In this document: positions 10,789-21,320 of the stretch, in pieces | How the letters are laid out: each line of letters opens with the position of its first letter | How positions within the stretch are numbered: position 1 is the stretch's first letter | NCBI GenBank assembly: GCA_963805975.1 | Contig: CAWDVR010000002.1 | Location: 928,001-992,000, forward strand | Direction of reading: 5' to 3' | DNA: 64,000 nucleotides | From: an uncultured Acidobacteriota bacterium | GTDB taxonomy: Bacteria > Acidobacteriota > Thermoanaerobaculia > Multivoradales > SZUA-115 | Made by a program: the position numbers and the translations under genes | Notes under the pieces: generated by a model | Told to the model about the DNA's origin: nothing | The model's database searches: none | The model's input: the letters and a program-made list of their open reading frames with translations, nothing else

Positions 10789-12205
10789 CCGAAGAATGGA
10801 CGAGGGCAGGCAGGCTCTCCTGCTGCGGTGCTCGAGCTCCCTTTGGGCGGCCTGCGCTCCTCGCAGGAGAGCCTGCCTGCCCGGACCCGCGGCCCAGTGG
10901 AGCCTCCTCACCACACTGTTGTTGGTGGTGGCGGGGGTTACCTCTGCGCACGACCAGGTGCCCGGCGCCAAACAGACGAAGCCCGTGCTGCTCAAGGGCG
11001 GCGACCTCTACACCGTCTCCTCGGGCGTGCTGCCGGCAACCGACCTGCTGTTCGACGGCGGGCGCATCACGGCGATCGGCAAGAACCTCGCAGTGCCGGC
11101 CGGCGCCGAGGTGGTGGACGTCGCCGGCCAGCGCGTCTACCCAGGGCTGATCGCGCCGCACACCACTCTCGGCCTGATCGAGATCAACGCCGTGCGCGCC
11201 ACCAACGACCAGGCCGAGGTCGGCGGCGTGACCCCCGAGGTGGCGGCGCACGTGGCCTTCAACCCGGACTCGGAGCTGCTCCCCGTCACCCGCGCCAACG
11301 GCATCACCACGGTACAGGTGTCTCCGGCGGGTGGGCTGATCACCGGGCGCAGCTTCCTCGTGCACCTCGACGGCTGGACCCGCGAGGACGCGGCGGCGAA
11401 GCTGATCGACGGCCTGGAGGTGGTCTGGCCGGCCGCCGCCGTGGTGCAGGCGCCGTGGATGCGGCAGCCGGTCGACGACCAGAAGAAGGAGATGGCCGAG
11501 GCGCGGCGCACCCTGCGCCAGGCCTTCGCCGACGCCCGCAACTATCACCTCGCCCGCGCGGCCGGCAAGGCGACGACGATCGACTCGCGCTGGGAGGCCA
11601 TGCGGCCGATCTGGAACGGCGAGATGCCGGTCTACGTGGCGGCCGACGACTACCGGCAGATCGTCGAGGCGGTGGCCTTCGCCAAGGAGCAGAAGCTCCG
11701 CATGGTGCTGGTCGGCGGGCGCGAGTCCTACCTCGCCGCCGACCTGCTGAAGCAGCACGACATCCCGGTGATCGTCAGCTCGACCACCGCCGTTCCCCTG
11801 CGTCCGGACGACGACTACGACCTGCCCTTCAAGCTCCCGGCCCTGCTGCATCAGGCCGGCGTGCGCTTCTGCATCTCCCACCTCGAAGGCTCGGCCTGGG
11901 ACCAGCGCAACCTGCCGCTCGAGGCTGGCTACGCCGCGGCCTTCGGCCTGCCCAAGGACGTGGCACTGGCCTCGATCACGCTCTCCACGGCCAAGATCCT
12001 GGGCCTGGCGGACGAGCAAGGCTCCCTCGAGGTAGGCAAGAGCGCCACCCTCTTCGTGTCGCGCGGCGACGTGATGGACATGCTGGGCCAGAAGGTGACG
12101 CGGATGTGGATCGAGGGCCGCACCGTGGACCTCGACAACCGCCACAAGATGCTCGAGCGGAAGTACCGGGAAAAAATCGAGCGCGCCGCGGCGGCGCGGG
12201 AGTAG
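10766..12205 (+). CDS. Amidohydrolase-family protein (partner of upstream gene)
   Basis: GGAGG SD, VYPGLIAPH, GSLEVGKSATL; overlaps upstream stop. Confidence 0.8.
   Translation: MRAMKIDNRRMDEGRQALLLRCSSSLWAACAPRRRACLPGPAAQWSLLTTLLLVVAGVTSAHDQVPGAKQTKPVLLKGGDLYTVSSGVLPATDLLFDGGRITAIGKNLAVPAGAEVVDVAGQRVYPGLIAPHTTLGLIEINAVRATNDQAEVGGVTPEVAAHVAFNPDSELLPVTRANGITTVQVSPAGGLITGRSFLVHLDGWTREDAAAKLIDGLEVVWPAAAVVQAPWMRQPVDDQKKEMAEARRTLRQAFADARNYHLARAAGKATTIDSRWEAMRPIWNGEMPVYVAADDYRQIVEAVAFAKEQKLRMVLVGGRESYLAADLLKQHDIPVIVSSTTAVPLRPDDDYDLPFKLPALLHQAGVRFCISHLEGSAWDQRNLPLEAGYAAAFGLPKDVALASITLSTAKILGLADEQGSLEVGKSATLFVSRGDVMDMLGQKVTRMWIEGRTVDLDNRHKMLERKYREKIERAAAARE
10804..10882. repeat. 20-bp perfect inverted repeat (REP-like palindrome) within the 5' coding region
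   Basis: GGGCAGGCAGGCTCTCCTGC (10804-10823) and GCAGGAGAGCCTGCCTGCCC (10863-10882). Confidence 0.85.
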
Positions 12206-12505
12206 CGGCAGCGCGGCTCCGCGCCCTGGCTCCCAACCGGCCAGCCCCGCGCTGGCGGGGCGGGGCCCGCCTCACTGCCTTGTCACGTCCATGCCGGGCT
12301 CAAACCAGGGCCCTGGCAGCGGCCGGTGTCGTCCCGGCCGCCACAGAGCGAACCTTGGAATATTTCAGCGTGGGCGCTCGTACTCCCCGATATCGTCGCC
12401 GCTCTTCGAAACGGCGGGGGCGCTTCGCCTCAACCAGGTTCTCGCAGGGCATCGCACGGCCCGCGCGGGTCCACCTCTCCCGGCGCGACTCCCAGGAGAC
12501 CTGAT

Positions 12506-14243
12506 ATGACCATCGCTCAGACCGACGAACCGACTCCTCGGAAGCCGCTCCGGCTGTGGCCCGGCGTGGTCGCCGTGGTGCTGCAGTGGCTGCTCTGGTT
12601 CGTCGTCCCCATCGTCGCGCCCGATGCCGCCATGTTCGCGATGCTTGGCGGAGTCGCCTGCGGGTTGGCTGTCGTCGTGTGGTGGCTGTTCTTCAGCCGG
12701 GCGCCCTGGTCCGAGCGCTTGGGCGCCTTCGTCGCTGATGATCGTCGCGGTGGTCGCGACACGCGCCATCCTCCACGAGTCGATTGCGACCGGGGCGATG
12801 GGGATGATGTTCTCCATCTACGCCATCCCGGTCCTGAGCCTCGCGTTGGTCGCCTGGGCGGTGGCCAGCCGTCGCCTCTCTGCCGGACCTCGGCGCGCGG
12901 CGATGGTCGCGGCCATCCTGCTCGCGTGCGGAGTGTGGACGCTCCTGCGGACCGGTGGCATCAGCGGCGGCGGTGCCCAGATTTCGCCTGGCGGTGGTCG
13001 ACCGACTCCCGAGGAACGGCTCCTGGCCCAAGCCGGCAAGACGAGCCGACGGCGCCGCCGCCCGGCTCCGGCAGCGGCGGGAGACAGGAGCCGACTGGCC
13101 CGGCTTTCGCGGACCGGATCGCGACGGCATCGTCCGCGGCGTGCGGATCGAGACCGACTGGTCGAAGTCGCCGCCGGTCGAGCTGTGGCGCCGGCCGATC
13201 GGACCGGGCTGGTCGTCCTTCGCGGTCCACGGCAACCTCCTCTACACCCAGGAGCAGCGCGGTGACGACGAGGTCGTCGCCTGCTACAAGCTGACCACCG
13301 GCGAGCCGGTGTGGAGACACCGCGACGCGGCCCGGTTCTGGGAGTCGAATGCCGGCGCCGGTCCGCGCGCGACGCCGACCCTCAGCAACGGCCGCGTCTA
13401 CACGCTCGGTGGCGACCGGAATCCTGAACGCGCTCGACGCCGGCGACGGCTCCGTCGTGTGGTCGCGCAACGCGGCGGCCGACACCGGCGCGAAGCTCCC
13501 GGATCTGGGGCTTCTCGAGCTCGCCGCTGGTGGTCGGCGACCTCGTCATCGTCGCCGCCTCCGGCACGCTCGCCGCCTACGACCTCGCCACCGGCGATCC
13601 GCGCTGGCTCGGCCCGGCCGGCGGCGCGAGCTACAGCTCGCCACATCTCGCGACGATCGACGGAGTCGCGCAGGTCCTGCTGCTGAACGGCGCCGGCGCG
13701 ACCAGCGTCGCGCCGGCCGACGGCACGCTGCTCTGGGAGCACGCGTGGCCGGGCGACCCCATCGTGCAGCCGGCCCTGACCGCGGACGGCGACGTCCTGA
13801 TCAGCGTCGAGCGACCGGAAGCGGCACTGCGCCGCCTCGCGGTCGCGCACGGACCCGGCGGATGGACCGCCGAGGAGCGCTGGACGTCGATCGGGCTGAA
13901 GCCCTACTTCAACGACTTCGTCGTTCACAAGGGCCATGCCTTCGGCTTCGACGGCAGCATGCTCGCGTGCATCGACCTCGAGGACGGCAAGCGCAAGTGG
14001 AAGGGCGGACGCTACGGCCACGGCCAGCTCGTCCTGTTGCCCGACCAGGACTTGCTGCTGGTGCTGTCGGAGAAGGGTGAGCTGGCGCTGGTCGCGGCGA
14101 CCCCCGACCAGTTCACGGAGCTCGCGCGGCTCCCGGCGATCGAGGGCAAGACCTGGAACCACCCGGTGCTGGTCGGCGACGTCCTGCTGGTTCGCAACGA
14201 CCAGGAGATGGTCGCGTTCCGGCTGTCCCTCGCGGGCGGCTGA
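12506..14243 (+). CDS. Membrane-anchored PQQ-like beta-propeller protein, split by several frameshifts (error or pseudogene)
   Basis: AGGAG SD + MTIAQ start; pieces in different frames: TM helices, [34 protein letters not shown]. Confidence 0.7.
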
Positions 14244-14249
14244 CCCGCC

Positions 14250-16025
14250 CTACTCCGCCACCGGCACTTCGAGCACGCTGGGGTGGGCCGTGTCGTGGAA
14301 GAGCTGGACGTTGGCCGCCCGGATGTCGGCCGCGGTCTCGTGACCGATCTTGCCGCCGGAGTTGAAGTTGCGCTGGAAGTCGGGTGAGTCGACGGGGCCG
14401 ACCATCAGGCGCAGGCGGGTGCCGGCGGGGAGGCGCCGGACGGTGAACCAGAAGCTGTCGAAGATGTAGGGCAGCACGGCGCCCGCGGGCACGGGCCTGG
14501 CCTCGCTCGGGCCCTCGCGGTAGCGGGCGCGCACCATGTCCCAGCCCAGGAGCAGGCTCCGGCCCGTGGGCTCTATGGCCCAGACCCCCGCCGCGAGGTC
14601 AGTGTCCGGCACGTCGAGCGCCACGTAGAGCGTGAGCTTCATGTTGCCGGCGAGGGTCGCCGGCTCGGCGAGCGGGGCGCTGTGGTAGACGAGCCGCCCC
14701 TTGCGGAAGGCGTCGCGCGAGTCGAGGTTGTAGTCCTCGACCTCGTCCAGGTAGCCCTCGGCCGTCGCCCTGTCCTGCGGGTCGTAGCGGAAGGCGTCCG
14801 GCGACTGGCGCTCGCGCGGCGCGCCCTCGAGGTAGCCGGAGTGGAAGGGGTCGCCGGCACGGCCGCCGTCCGAGGCCAGGTAGAAGCGCAACGTGCCCTT
14901 GGCGAGCGCCTCGAGGCTGGGCGCCCCCCGCCACTCGTCGGCGCCCATCACGTAATAGGTCACCTGGTCCTTGATCGCCGGCGGGCGCGACTTACCGCGC
15001 AGCAGGGAGTCGTACCAGTCGACGTGGAGCTGGTCGAGGTCGAGGACCGCGTGCTCCGGGAACTCGAAGCCGCCGAGCTCTTGCTTCGGATAGCGGGTGC
15101 CGGCGTGGTCCCAGGGGCCGAGCAGCAGGTAGTGCTTGCCGCGCGCTGCGGCCGAGGCGTGCTGCAGGTGCTCGCGGTAGTAGCGCAGCGCGCCCGGCTG
15201 GTCGCCGTCGAAGTAGCCGGTGATCGAGAGGATCGGCAGGTCCATCGCCCGGTAGTCCTCGGGCGTCGGGTTGTGCCCCTGCCAGAAGGCGTCGTAGGCG
15301 GGGTGCTCGAGCCAGCGGTCGAAGATCCGGGTGTCGATCCCCGAGCGCTTGGCGAGCTCCGCGAAGGGCGCCAGGTCCTGGTAGAGGCGCAGGAACTTGC
15401 GGTGCCAGTAGCCGTCGTCGCCAAAGAGCTCGCGGTTCGAGACGTGGCCCTGGGTGAAGGCGAGCCATTGCGCCATGTAACTGATGAAGACGCCCTTGGC
15501 CTGTGGGTAGTCGTGGCCGGGATAGACAGCCGCGGTGGGCACCACGGCCGCGAGGCCCGGCGGGTTCTCGGCCAGGGTCTGCCACTGCGTCATGCCGCGG
15601 TAGGAGCCGCCGCGCATCACCACCCGGCCGTCGCTCCACGGCTGGCGGCGGATCCAGGCGACCACCGCCGCACCGTCGGGCCCGTTGCCGAACAACGGGT
15701 TGAACTCGCCGTCCGAGCCGCCGCGCCCGCGACGGTCGACGCTCACGTAGACGTAGCCGGCCGCGACGAACTTCCAGGCCCGCTTCTGCTGCTCGTCGTT
15801 GACGTAGGGCGTGAGCACGAAGATCGCGGGGAGCGGTTCCCTCTGGTTCGCCGGCCTCCAGATGCGCGCCGAGAGCTCGATGCCGTCGGGCATCGGGATG
15901 CGCTGGTCCACCACCAGGTCGATCTCGGTGTCTTTCGGGTCGGGGCCGGCTTCCCGAGCCGCGGCGGGAGAGAGGGCGCCCAGCGTGAAGAGGAGGGCGA
16001 GGGCGAGGATCTTCCGCTGCTTCAT
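14250..16025 (-). CDS. CocE/NonD-family (Xaa-Pro dipeptidyl-peptidase-like) serine hydrolase
   Basis: Signal peptide MKQRKILALA, IPMPDG, TPY, RGRGGSDG, GGSYRG nucleophile, GPWDH. Confidence 0.88.
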   Translation of the reverse strand: MKQRKILALALLFTLGALSPAAAREAGPDPKDTEIDLVVDQRIPMPDGIELSARIWRPANQREPLPAIFVLTPYVNDEQQKRAWKFVAAGYVYVSVDRRGRGGSDGEFNPLFGNGPDGAAVVAWIRRQPWSDGRVVMRGGSYRGMTQWQTLAENPPGLAAVVPTAAVYPGHDYPQAKGVFISYMAQWLAFTQGHVSNRELFGDDGYWHRKFLRLYQDLAPFAELAKRSGIDTRIFDRWLEHPAYDAFWQGHNPTPEDYRAMDLPILSITGYFDGDQPGALRYYREHLQHASAAARGKHYLLLGPWDHAGTRYPKQELGGFEFPEHAVLDLDQLHVDWYDSLLRGKSRPPAIKDQVTYYVMGADEWRGAPSLEALAKGTLRFYLASDGGRAGDPFHSGYLEGAPRERQSPDAFRYDPQDRATAEGYLDEVEDYNLDSRDAFRKGRLVYHSAPLAEPATLAGNMKLTLYVALDVPDTDLAAGVWAIEPTGRSLLLGWDMVRARYREGPSEARPVPAGAVLPYIFDSFWFTVRRLPAGTRLRLMVGPVDSPDFQRNFNSGGKIGHETAADIRAANVQLFHDTAHPSVLEVPVAE

Positions 16026-17611
16026 CGTGGGTTGGTCTCCGAAGGGCCGTCGCCGGGCGGCATGGTCAGGATGGCGGCGATCGAGGTGATGCCCTGCCAC
16101 AGGTGGCCGAGCCGCAGGTTCTCGTTCTCTTCGTGCTGGTTGTTGTCGAAGTTCACGATCGGCAGGAGCGCCGCCGGGAAGCCCAGCGCCTCGATGAACG
16201 GCGCGATCGGCACCGTGCCGCCCAGCGTGCGGAGGACGACCGGCTTCTCCCCCCAGGCGCGCTCGAGCGCCGCGATCAGCCGCTGCGAGCCCGGCGCCAC
16301 CGGCGAGGTACGGAAGGCGTTCGTGCCCTGCCCCGCCACCAGCCGGGCGAGCCGGGGATGGCGCGCACGGGTGGCGTCGTCGGGGTCCTCGTCCACCAGG
16401 TGGAAGCCCCGCGCTACCACGTGCTCGCGCAGCCGGCGCACCATGTCGTCGGCCCTCGTTTCCTGGACCAGCCGGATGTCGATCTCGGCCACCGCGCGGT
16501 CCGGGATGATGGTGCGCGCCTCGGCCCCGACGTAGGCGCTGGCCAAGCCCCGGATGTTCAACGTCGGGCGCAGCAGGGCCTGCTGCAGGGTGAGCCCCGG
16601 CTTCTCCGGCGCGGCGATGCCGAAGGTCCGGAGCAGCCGCTCCGGCTCCTCGGGCACGGCGGCGAGCAGGGCCTCTTCCTCGGCGGTGAGCCGCACCAGG
16701 TCGTCGTAGAAACCCGCGACCTTCACCTCGCCGCTCTCGTCCTTCATCGAGACCAGGAGATGAGCAAGGGCGAGGGCGGGGTTCGGCACCCAGTTGCCGT
16801 AGTTGCCGCTGTGCACGCCGACCTTCGGGCCGTAGACGGTGAGCTGCGCGGTGACGATGCCGCGCGCGCCGAAGACCAGCGTCGGCTGGCCGGTGAAGTA
16901 GGCCGGGCCGTCGAGGATCAGCATCAGGTCGGCCGCGAGCCGGTCGCGATAGCGGGCGATGGCCGGCACCAGGCTCGGGCTGCTGGCCTCCTCCTCGCCG
17001 TCCAGGACCACCCGCAGGTTCGAGGTGAGAGCGAAGCCGGAAGCCCGCACGGCGTCGATCGCCGCCAGCAGGGCGACGATCGGCCCCTTGTCGTCCGAGG
17101 CCGAGCGCGCGTAGAGGCGCCAGTCCGGCTCGAAGCTCGTGCGTTCGCGGAGGCCCGCGATCTCCTGGGCTCCCTGGTCCACCCGCCCCCCCTCGAGACG
17201 CCCGGAGCGCAGCACCGGCTGCCAGGGGCTTTCCTGCTGCCAGCGCGCGGGGTCGACCGGCTGGCCGTCGTAGTGGCAGTAGAGGAGGAGGGTGCGGGAG
17301 GCGCCCGGCACCCGGAGCTCCCCGTAGACCAGAGGGTTGCCGTCGGTCTCCAGCACCTCGGCCGCAAAGCCGCGCCGGGCGAGCAGGCCGGTGAGGAGCT
17401 CGGCATTCCTGCGGATGTTGGCGCGGTCGGCCGCGACGTTGGGAAGGGTCAGGAGCTGGACCAGCTCGCCCACGATGGCCTGCTGGTGGGCGGCGGTGTA
17501 GGTCTCCACTCGGGCGCGGAGGTCGGCCGGCTGGGCCGCGGCGAAGCCCGGGCCAACGATCAACGCACCGACGGCGCAACCCGTGATTTGCAGTGTTCTG
17601 AAAGCTTGCAC
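16022..17611 (-). CDS. M20/M25/M40 family metallopeptidase
   Basis: GTG start after GGAGGAG; HYDGQP, ASDDKG, GEEEA, HSG, QHEENE motifs. Confidence 0.88.
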   Translation of the reverse strand: MQAFRTLQITGCAVGALIVGPGFAAAQPADLRARVETYTAAHQQAIVGELVQLLTLPNVAADRANIRRNAELLTGLLARRGFAAEVLETDGNPLVYGELRVPGASRTLLLYCHYDGQPVDPARWQQESPWQPVLRSGRLEGGRVDQGAQEIAGLRERTSFEPDWRLYARSASDDKGPIVALLAAIDAVRASGFALTSNLRVVLDGEEEASSPSLVPAIARYRDRLAADLMLILDGPAYFTGQPTLVFGARGIVTAQLTVYGPKVGVHSGNYGNWVPNPALALAHLLVSMKDESGEVKVAGFYDDLVRLTAEEEALLAAVPEEPERLLRTFGIAAPEKPGLTLQQALLRPTLNIRGLASAYVGAEARTIIPDRAVAEIDIRLVQETRADDMVRRLREHVVARGFHLVDEDPDDATRARHPRLARLVAGQGTNAFRTSPVAPGSQRLIAALERAWGEKPVVLRTLGGTVPIAPFIEALGFPAALLPIVNFDNNQHEENENLRLGHLWQGITSIAAILTMPPGDGPSETNPR

Positions 17612-17749
17612 CGCTCCTCCTCCGATCCGTGTAGTAAGTCTTCCACAGACGCCGGTGCCTTGGCGAGGTGGAAAGGCTCTTTCTACAGCGAACCGGCTAT
17701 CTACTACTATGATAGGAGTATCCGCTCGACCCGTTCCTGCAAGGAGACG

Positions 17750-20700
17750 ATGATGAGGAGCCTTCTCGCGTACCGAGCCCCGTCCACGATCGTGGCGCTT
17801 ACTGCCGCTGCCCTTTCCTTCCTCGCTGCGCCGGCCGGGGCGGCGAACCTCGAGCCGGACCTGCTGGCCGGCCTCGCGGCGCGCTCGATCGGCCCCGCCG
17901 GGATGAGCGGCCGGGTGGCCGCCATCGAGGCCGTGGTCGCGGACCCGGAGATCGTGTACGTGGGTGCTGCGACCGGCGGCGTCTGGAAGTCGACCAACGG
18001 CGGCCTGTCGTTCACGCCGATCTTCGACGACCAGCTCGTGCACTCGATCGGCGCGCTCGCCATCTACCAGCCCAACCCCGCGATCGTCTGGGCGGGGACC
18101 GGCGAGGGCAACCCCAGGAACAGCGTCTCGGTGGGACAGGGGATCTACCGCTCGCTCGACGGCGGCGCCACCTGGCAGCTCCTGGGGCTCGAGAAGACCG
18201 AGCGCATCCACCGCATCCTGCTCCACCCGGCCGACCCCGACCTCGCCTACGTCTGCGCCATGGGCCGGGCGTGGGGCGAGAACCCGGACCGCGGCGTGTT
18301 CAAGACCACGGACGGCGGCAAGACCTGGACGAAGATCCTCTACCTCGACGAGAAGACAGGCTGCGGCGAGCTGGCGATCGACCCCGCGAACCCGCAGAAG
18401 CTCCTCGCCGGGCTCTGGCAGTTCCGCCGCTGGCCCTGGTTCATGGAGTCCGGCGGCCCCGGCTCCGGCCTCTACGCGACCCACGACGGCGGCGCCACCT
18501 GGAAGCGGCTGCAGGAGGAGGACGGCCTGCCCAAGGGTGAGCTCGGCCGCATGGGGATCGCCTTCTCGCACTCCAACCCCGAGATCGTCTACGCGCTGGT
18601 CGAGGCCGAGAAGAACGCCCTGCTGCGTTCCGAGGACGGCGGCCGGAGCTGGAAGACGGTCAACGACGAGACCGACGTGGCGCCGCGGCCGTTCTACTTC
18701 AACGACGTGCGGGTCGATCCCGCCTGGCCCAACCGCGTCTACACCATCTCGCAGTTGATCCGGGTCTCGGACGACGGCGGCAAGACCTCCCGCACCCTGC
18801 CCGGCGCCGGCTGGAGCGACCTCCACGGCGACTACCACGCGATGTGGATCCACCCCGGCAACCCGAACCTGATCTACGTCGGCAACGACGGCGGCGTCGC
18901 CGTGTCGCAGGACCGCGGCAAGAGCTTTCGCTTCGTCTCCAACCTGCCGCTCGCCCAGTTCTACCACGTGGCCTACGACATGGAGACGCCCTACAACCTG
19001 TACGGCGGCTTGCAGGACAACGGCTCCTGGCGCGGCCCCAGCTCGGCGTGGGCCGCGGGCGGCCTGCGCAACCACCAGTGGAAAACGGTCGGCGGCGGCG
19101 ACGGCTTCGACGTGCAGCCGGACCCCGAGGACCCGACCCGCGGCTATTCCATGTCGCAGGGCGGCTACTTGGTGCGCTGGAATTTGAAGACCGGCGAGGA
19201 GCGGATCATCCGCCCGGCGCCGCCCGAGGGCATCGAGCTGCGCTTCAACTGGAACACCGGCCTGGCGCTCGACCCCTTCGCCCCGGCCACCGTCTACTAC
19301 GGCAGCCAGTTCCTGCACCGCTCGCGCGACCGCGGCGAGACCTGGGAGACGATCTCGCCCGACCTCACCAGCAACAATCCCGAGTGGCAGAAGCAGAGAG
19401 AGAGCGGCGGCCTGACCCTGGACGTGACCGCGGCCGAGAACCACTGCACCATCCTGGCCATCGCCCCCAGCCCGAAGCAGCAGGGCGTGATCTGGGTGGG
19501 CACCGACGACGGGCGCTTGCAGGTCACCCGCGACGCCGGCGCCACCTGGGCGAGTGTCGAGAAGAATCTCCCGCGGGTGCCCGCCAACACCTGGATCCCG
19601 CACGTCGAAGCCTCGCAGTTCGATCCCGCGGAAGCCTTCGTGGTGCTCGACAACCATCGCCGCTCGGACTGGGCTCCCTACGTCTACCGCACGCGCGACT
19701 TCGGCAAGACCTGGACCAGTCTCGCGACCTCCGACCTGCGGGGCTACGCACTCTCGATCGAGCAGGACCCCGTGGAGCGCGACCTGCTCTTCCTCGGCAC
19801 CGAGTTCGGCCTCTTCCTGTCGCTCGACGCCGGCGCCTCCTGGCTCCCCTTCCGTCACGGCCTGCCGACCGCCTCGGTGATGGATCTCGCCGTCCATCCC
19901 CGCGATCACGACCTGATCATCGCCACGCACGGCCGCGCGCTCTACGTGCTCGACGACCTGACGCCGCTGCGCAAGCTCACCGCCGAGGCGCTCCGGGAGC
20001 CGCTCCACCTCTTCCCCACCGCGCCGGCCCGCCAGTACTGGCGCACCCCGGACGAGGGCGGCTTCGGCTTCGGCGCCGGCGAGTTCCGGGGGCAGAACCG
20101 CGCCTACGGCGCCCTCCTCACCTACTCGCTCTCCGCGCCCGGCCTGCCGCTGGCCGACGAGAAGAAGGAGCGGGCGCGCAAGGAGCGCGAGCGCCAAGCC
20201 GCGCGAGCGGAGCCCGAGAAGGAAGGAGAAGAGAAAGCCGCCGACAAGCCACCGGAGAAGCCCGGGGTGAAGATCGAGATCACGGACGCCGCCGGCGCCG
20301 TGGTGCGCACCCTCGAGGGCCCGGCCAAGCTGGGCATCAACCGCATGGCGTGGGACTTCTCCCGCGACGCCTTCAAGCTGCCGCCGAGCGACGAACCGCG
20401 GCCCTGGGAACCGAGCGGGCCGCAGGTGCCGCCCGGCACCTACGGCGTGACCGTCAAGCACGGCGAGCAGGTGGCCAAAGGTTCCGTCACCGTGCTGGCC
20501 GATCCGCGCTCCACCAACACCCCGGCGGATTGGGAGCGCCGCTGGCAGGCCACCCTGCGCCAGGGGGAGCTCAACGACCGCGCCATCGCAGCCCTCACCC
20601 GCATCCAGCGCACCCGCAAGGACATCGATCTGGTCTCCGGCAAAGTGCGGCAGGCGGCAGAGGACCAGGGCGAAAAAGACCGGAAGAAGATCGACGAGGA

Positions 20701-21010
20701 CCCGCTCCTCAAGGCGGGCGAGAAGGTCAAGGAAGGCCTGACCGAGCTCGAGAAGCGGCTCTGGATCCTGCCCGACACCAAGGGCATCCCGGCCGAGGAG
20801 GGGCTGGTCTTGAGCCACATCTCGCAGGTGGGCTGGTTCCTGGGCTCGTCCTGGGACGCGCCCAGCCCCACCCAGCTCGCCTATCTCGACATGGCCGCCA
20901 AGCGCCTGGAAACCTTCCAGAAAGATCTCGACGCCTTCTTCGCCACCGAAGTGGCCGCCTACAAGAAGCAGGTCGAGGAGGCGAAGGTCGGGTTGCTCGG
21001 CGGGGTGTGA
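17750..21010 (+). CDS. Secreted BNR/Asp-box (VPS10/sortilin-like) beta-propeller protein
   Basis: AAGGAG SD; RSIGPAGMSGR start motif; many S/TxDGGxTW Asp-box repeats. Confidence 0.88.
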   Translation: MMRSLLAYRAPSTIVALTAAALSFLAAPAGAANLEPDLLAGLAARSIGPAGMSGRVAAIEAVVADPEIVYVGAATGGVWKSTNGGLSFTPIFDDQLVHSIGALAIYQPNPAIVWAGTGEGNPRNSVSVGQGIYRSLDGGATWQLLGLEKTERIHRILLHPADPDLAYVCAMGRAWGENPDRGVFKTTDGGKTWTKILYLDEKTGCGELAIDPANPQKLLAGLWQFRRWPWFMESGGPGSGLYATHDGGATWKRLQEEDGLPKGELGRMGIAFSHSNPEIVYALVEAEKNALLRSEDGGRSWKTVNDETDVAPRPFYFNDVRVDPAWPNRVYTISQLIRVSDDGGKTSRTLPGAGWSDLHGDYHAMWIHPGNPNLIYVGNDGGVAVSQDRGKSFRFVSNLPLAQFYHVAYDMETPYNLYGGLQDNGSWRGPSSAWAAGGLRNHQWKTVGGGDGFDVQPDPEDPTRGYSMSQGGYLVRWNLKTGEERIIRPAPPEGIELRFNWNTGLALDPFAPATVYYGSQFLHRSRDRGETWETISPDLTSNNPEWQKQRESGGLTLDVTAAENHCTILAIAPSPKQQGVIWVGTDDGRLQVTRDAGATWASVEKNLPRVPANTWIPHVEASQFDPAEAFVVLDNHRRSDWAPYVYRTRDFGKTWTSLATSDLRGYALSIEQDPVERDLLFLGTEFGLFLSLDAGASWLPFRHGLPTASVMDLAVHPRDHDLIIATHGRALYVLDDLTPLRKLTAEALREPLHLFPTAPARQYWRTPDEGGFGFGAGEFRGQNRAYGALLTYSLSAPGLPLADEKKERARKERERQAARAEPEKEGEEKAADKPPEKPGVKIEITDAAGAVVRTLEGPAKLGINRMAWDFSRDAFKLPPSDEPRPWEPSGPQVPPGTYGVTVKHGEQVAKGSVTVLADPRSTNTPADWERRWQATLRQGELNDRAIAALTRIQRTRKDIDLVSGKVRQAAEDQGEKDRKKIDEDPLLKAGEKVKEGLTELEKRLWILPDTKGIPAEEGLVLSHISQVGWFLGSSWDAPSPTQLAYLDMAAKRLETFQKDLDAFFATEVAAYKKQVEEAKVGLLGGV

Positions 21011-21023
21011 GGAAGGCCGCCGG

Positions 21024-21251
21024 CTACGGTAGTTTGCCGGCGTAGCTGTCCCGGACAGTGCGGCTGATGAAGGTCGCGAGGCCTTGCCCCGCGGCCGCCA
21101 GCCTCTTCATCTCCTCCACCGCCCACTCGCCAGTGCTCGGGTAATCGTACAAGTAGCGGGCTCCGCCCTCGAACTCGACCTCGATCGCCTCCGGCCGGAT
21201 CTCGTAGGCGGTCACCGGGGAGTTGCCGCTGAGGTTTGCGTACCTGGTCAT
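21024..21251 (-). CDS. Small conserved hypothetical protein, KTSC-like
   Basis: GAGG SD; S..TAY......VEF..G..Y.Y pattern and GxGLATFI..VR..Y resemble the KTSC fold. Confidence 0.6.
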   Translation of the reverse strand: MTRYANLSGNSPVTAYEIRPEAIEVEFEGGARYLYDYPSTGEWAVEEMKRLAAAGQGLATFISRTVRDSYAGKLP

Positions 21252-21320
21252 GGGGCACCTCGGCGGCCTGCGCTACGGCTCACGGTTCTATTTCAACGCG
21301 AGAACGAGGCTCGCCGCAGC

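Noticed and set aside
16022-21010. Two 1600-aa ORFs overlapping on opposite strands
   Set aside because: Each is a real gene extended through the stop-free antisense frame of its divergent neighbour, a high-GC artefact
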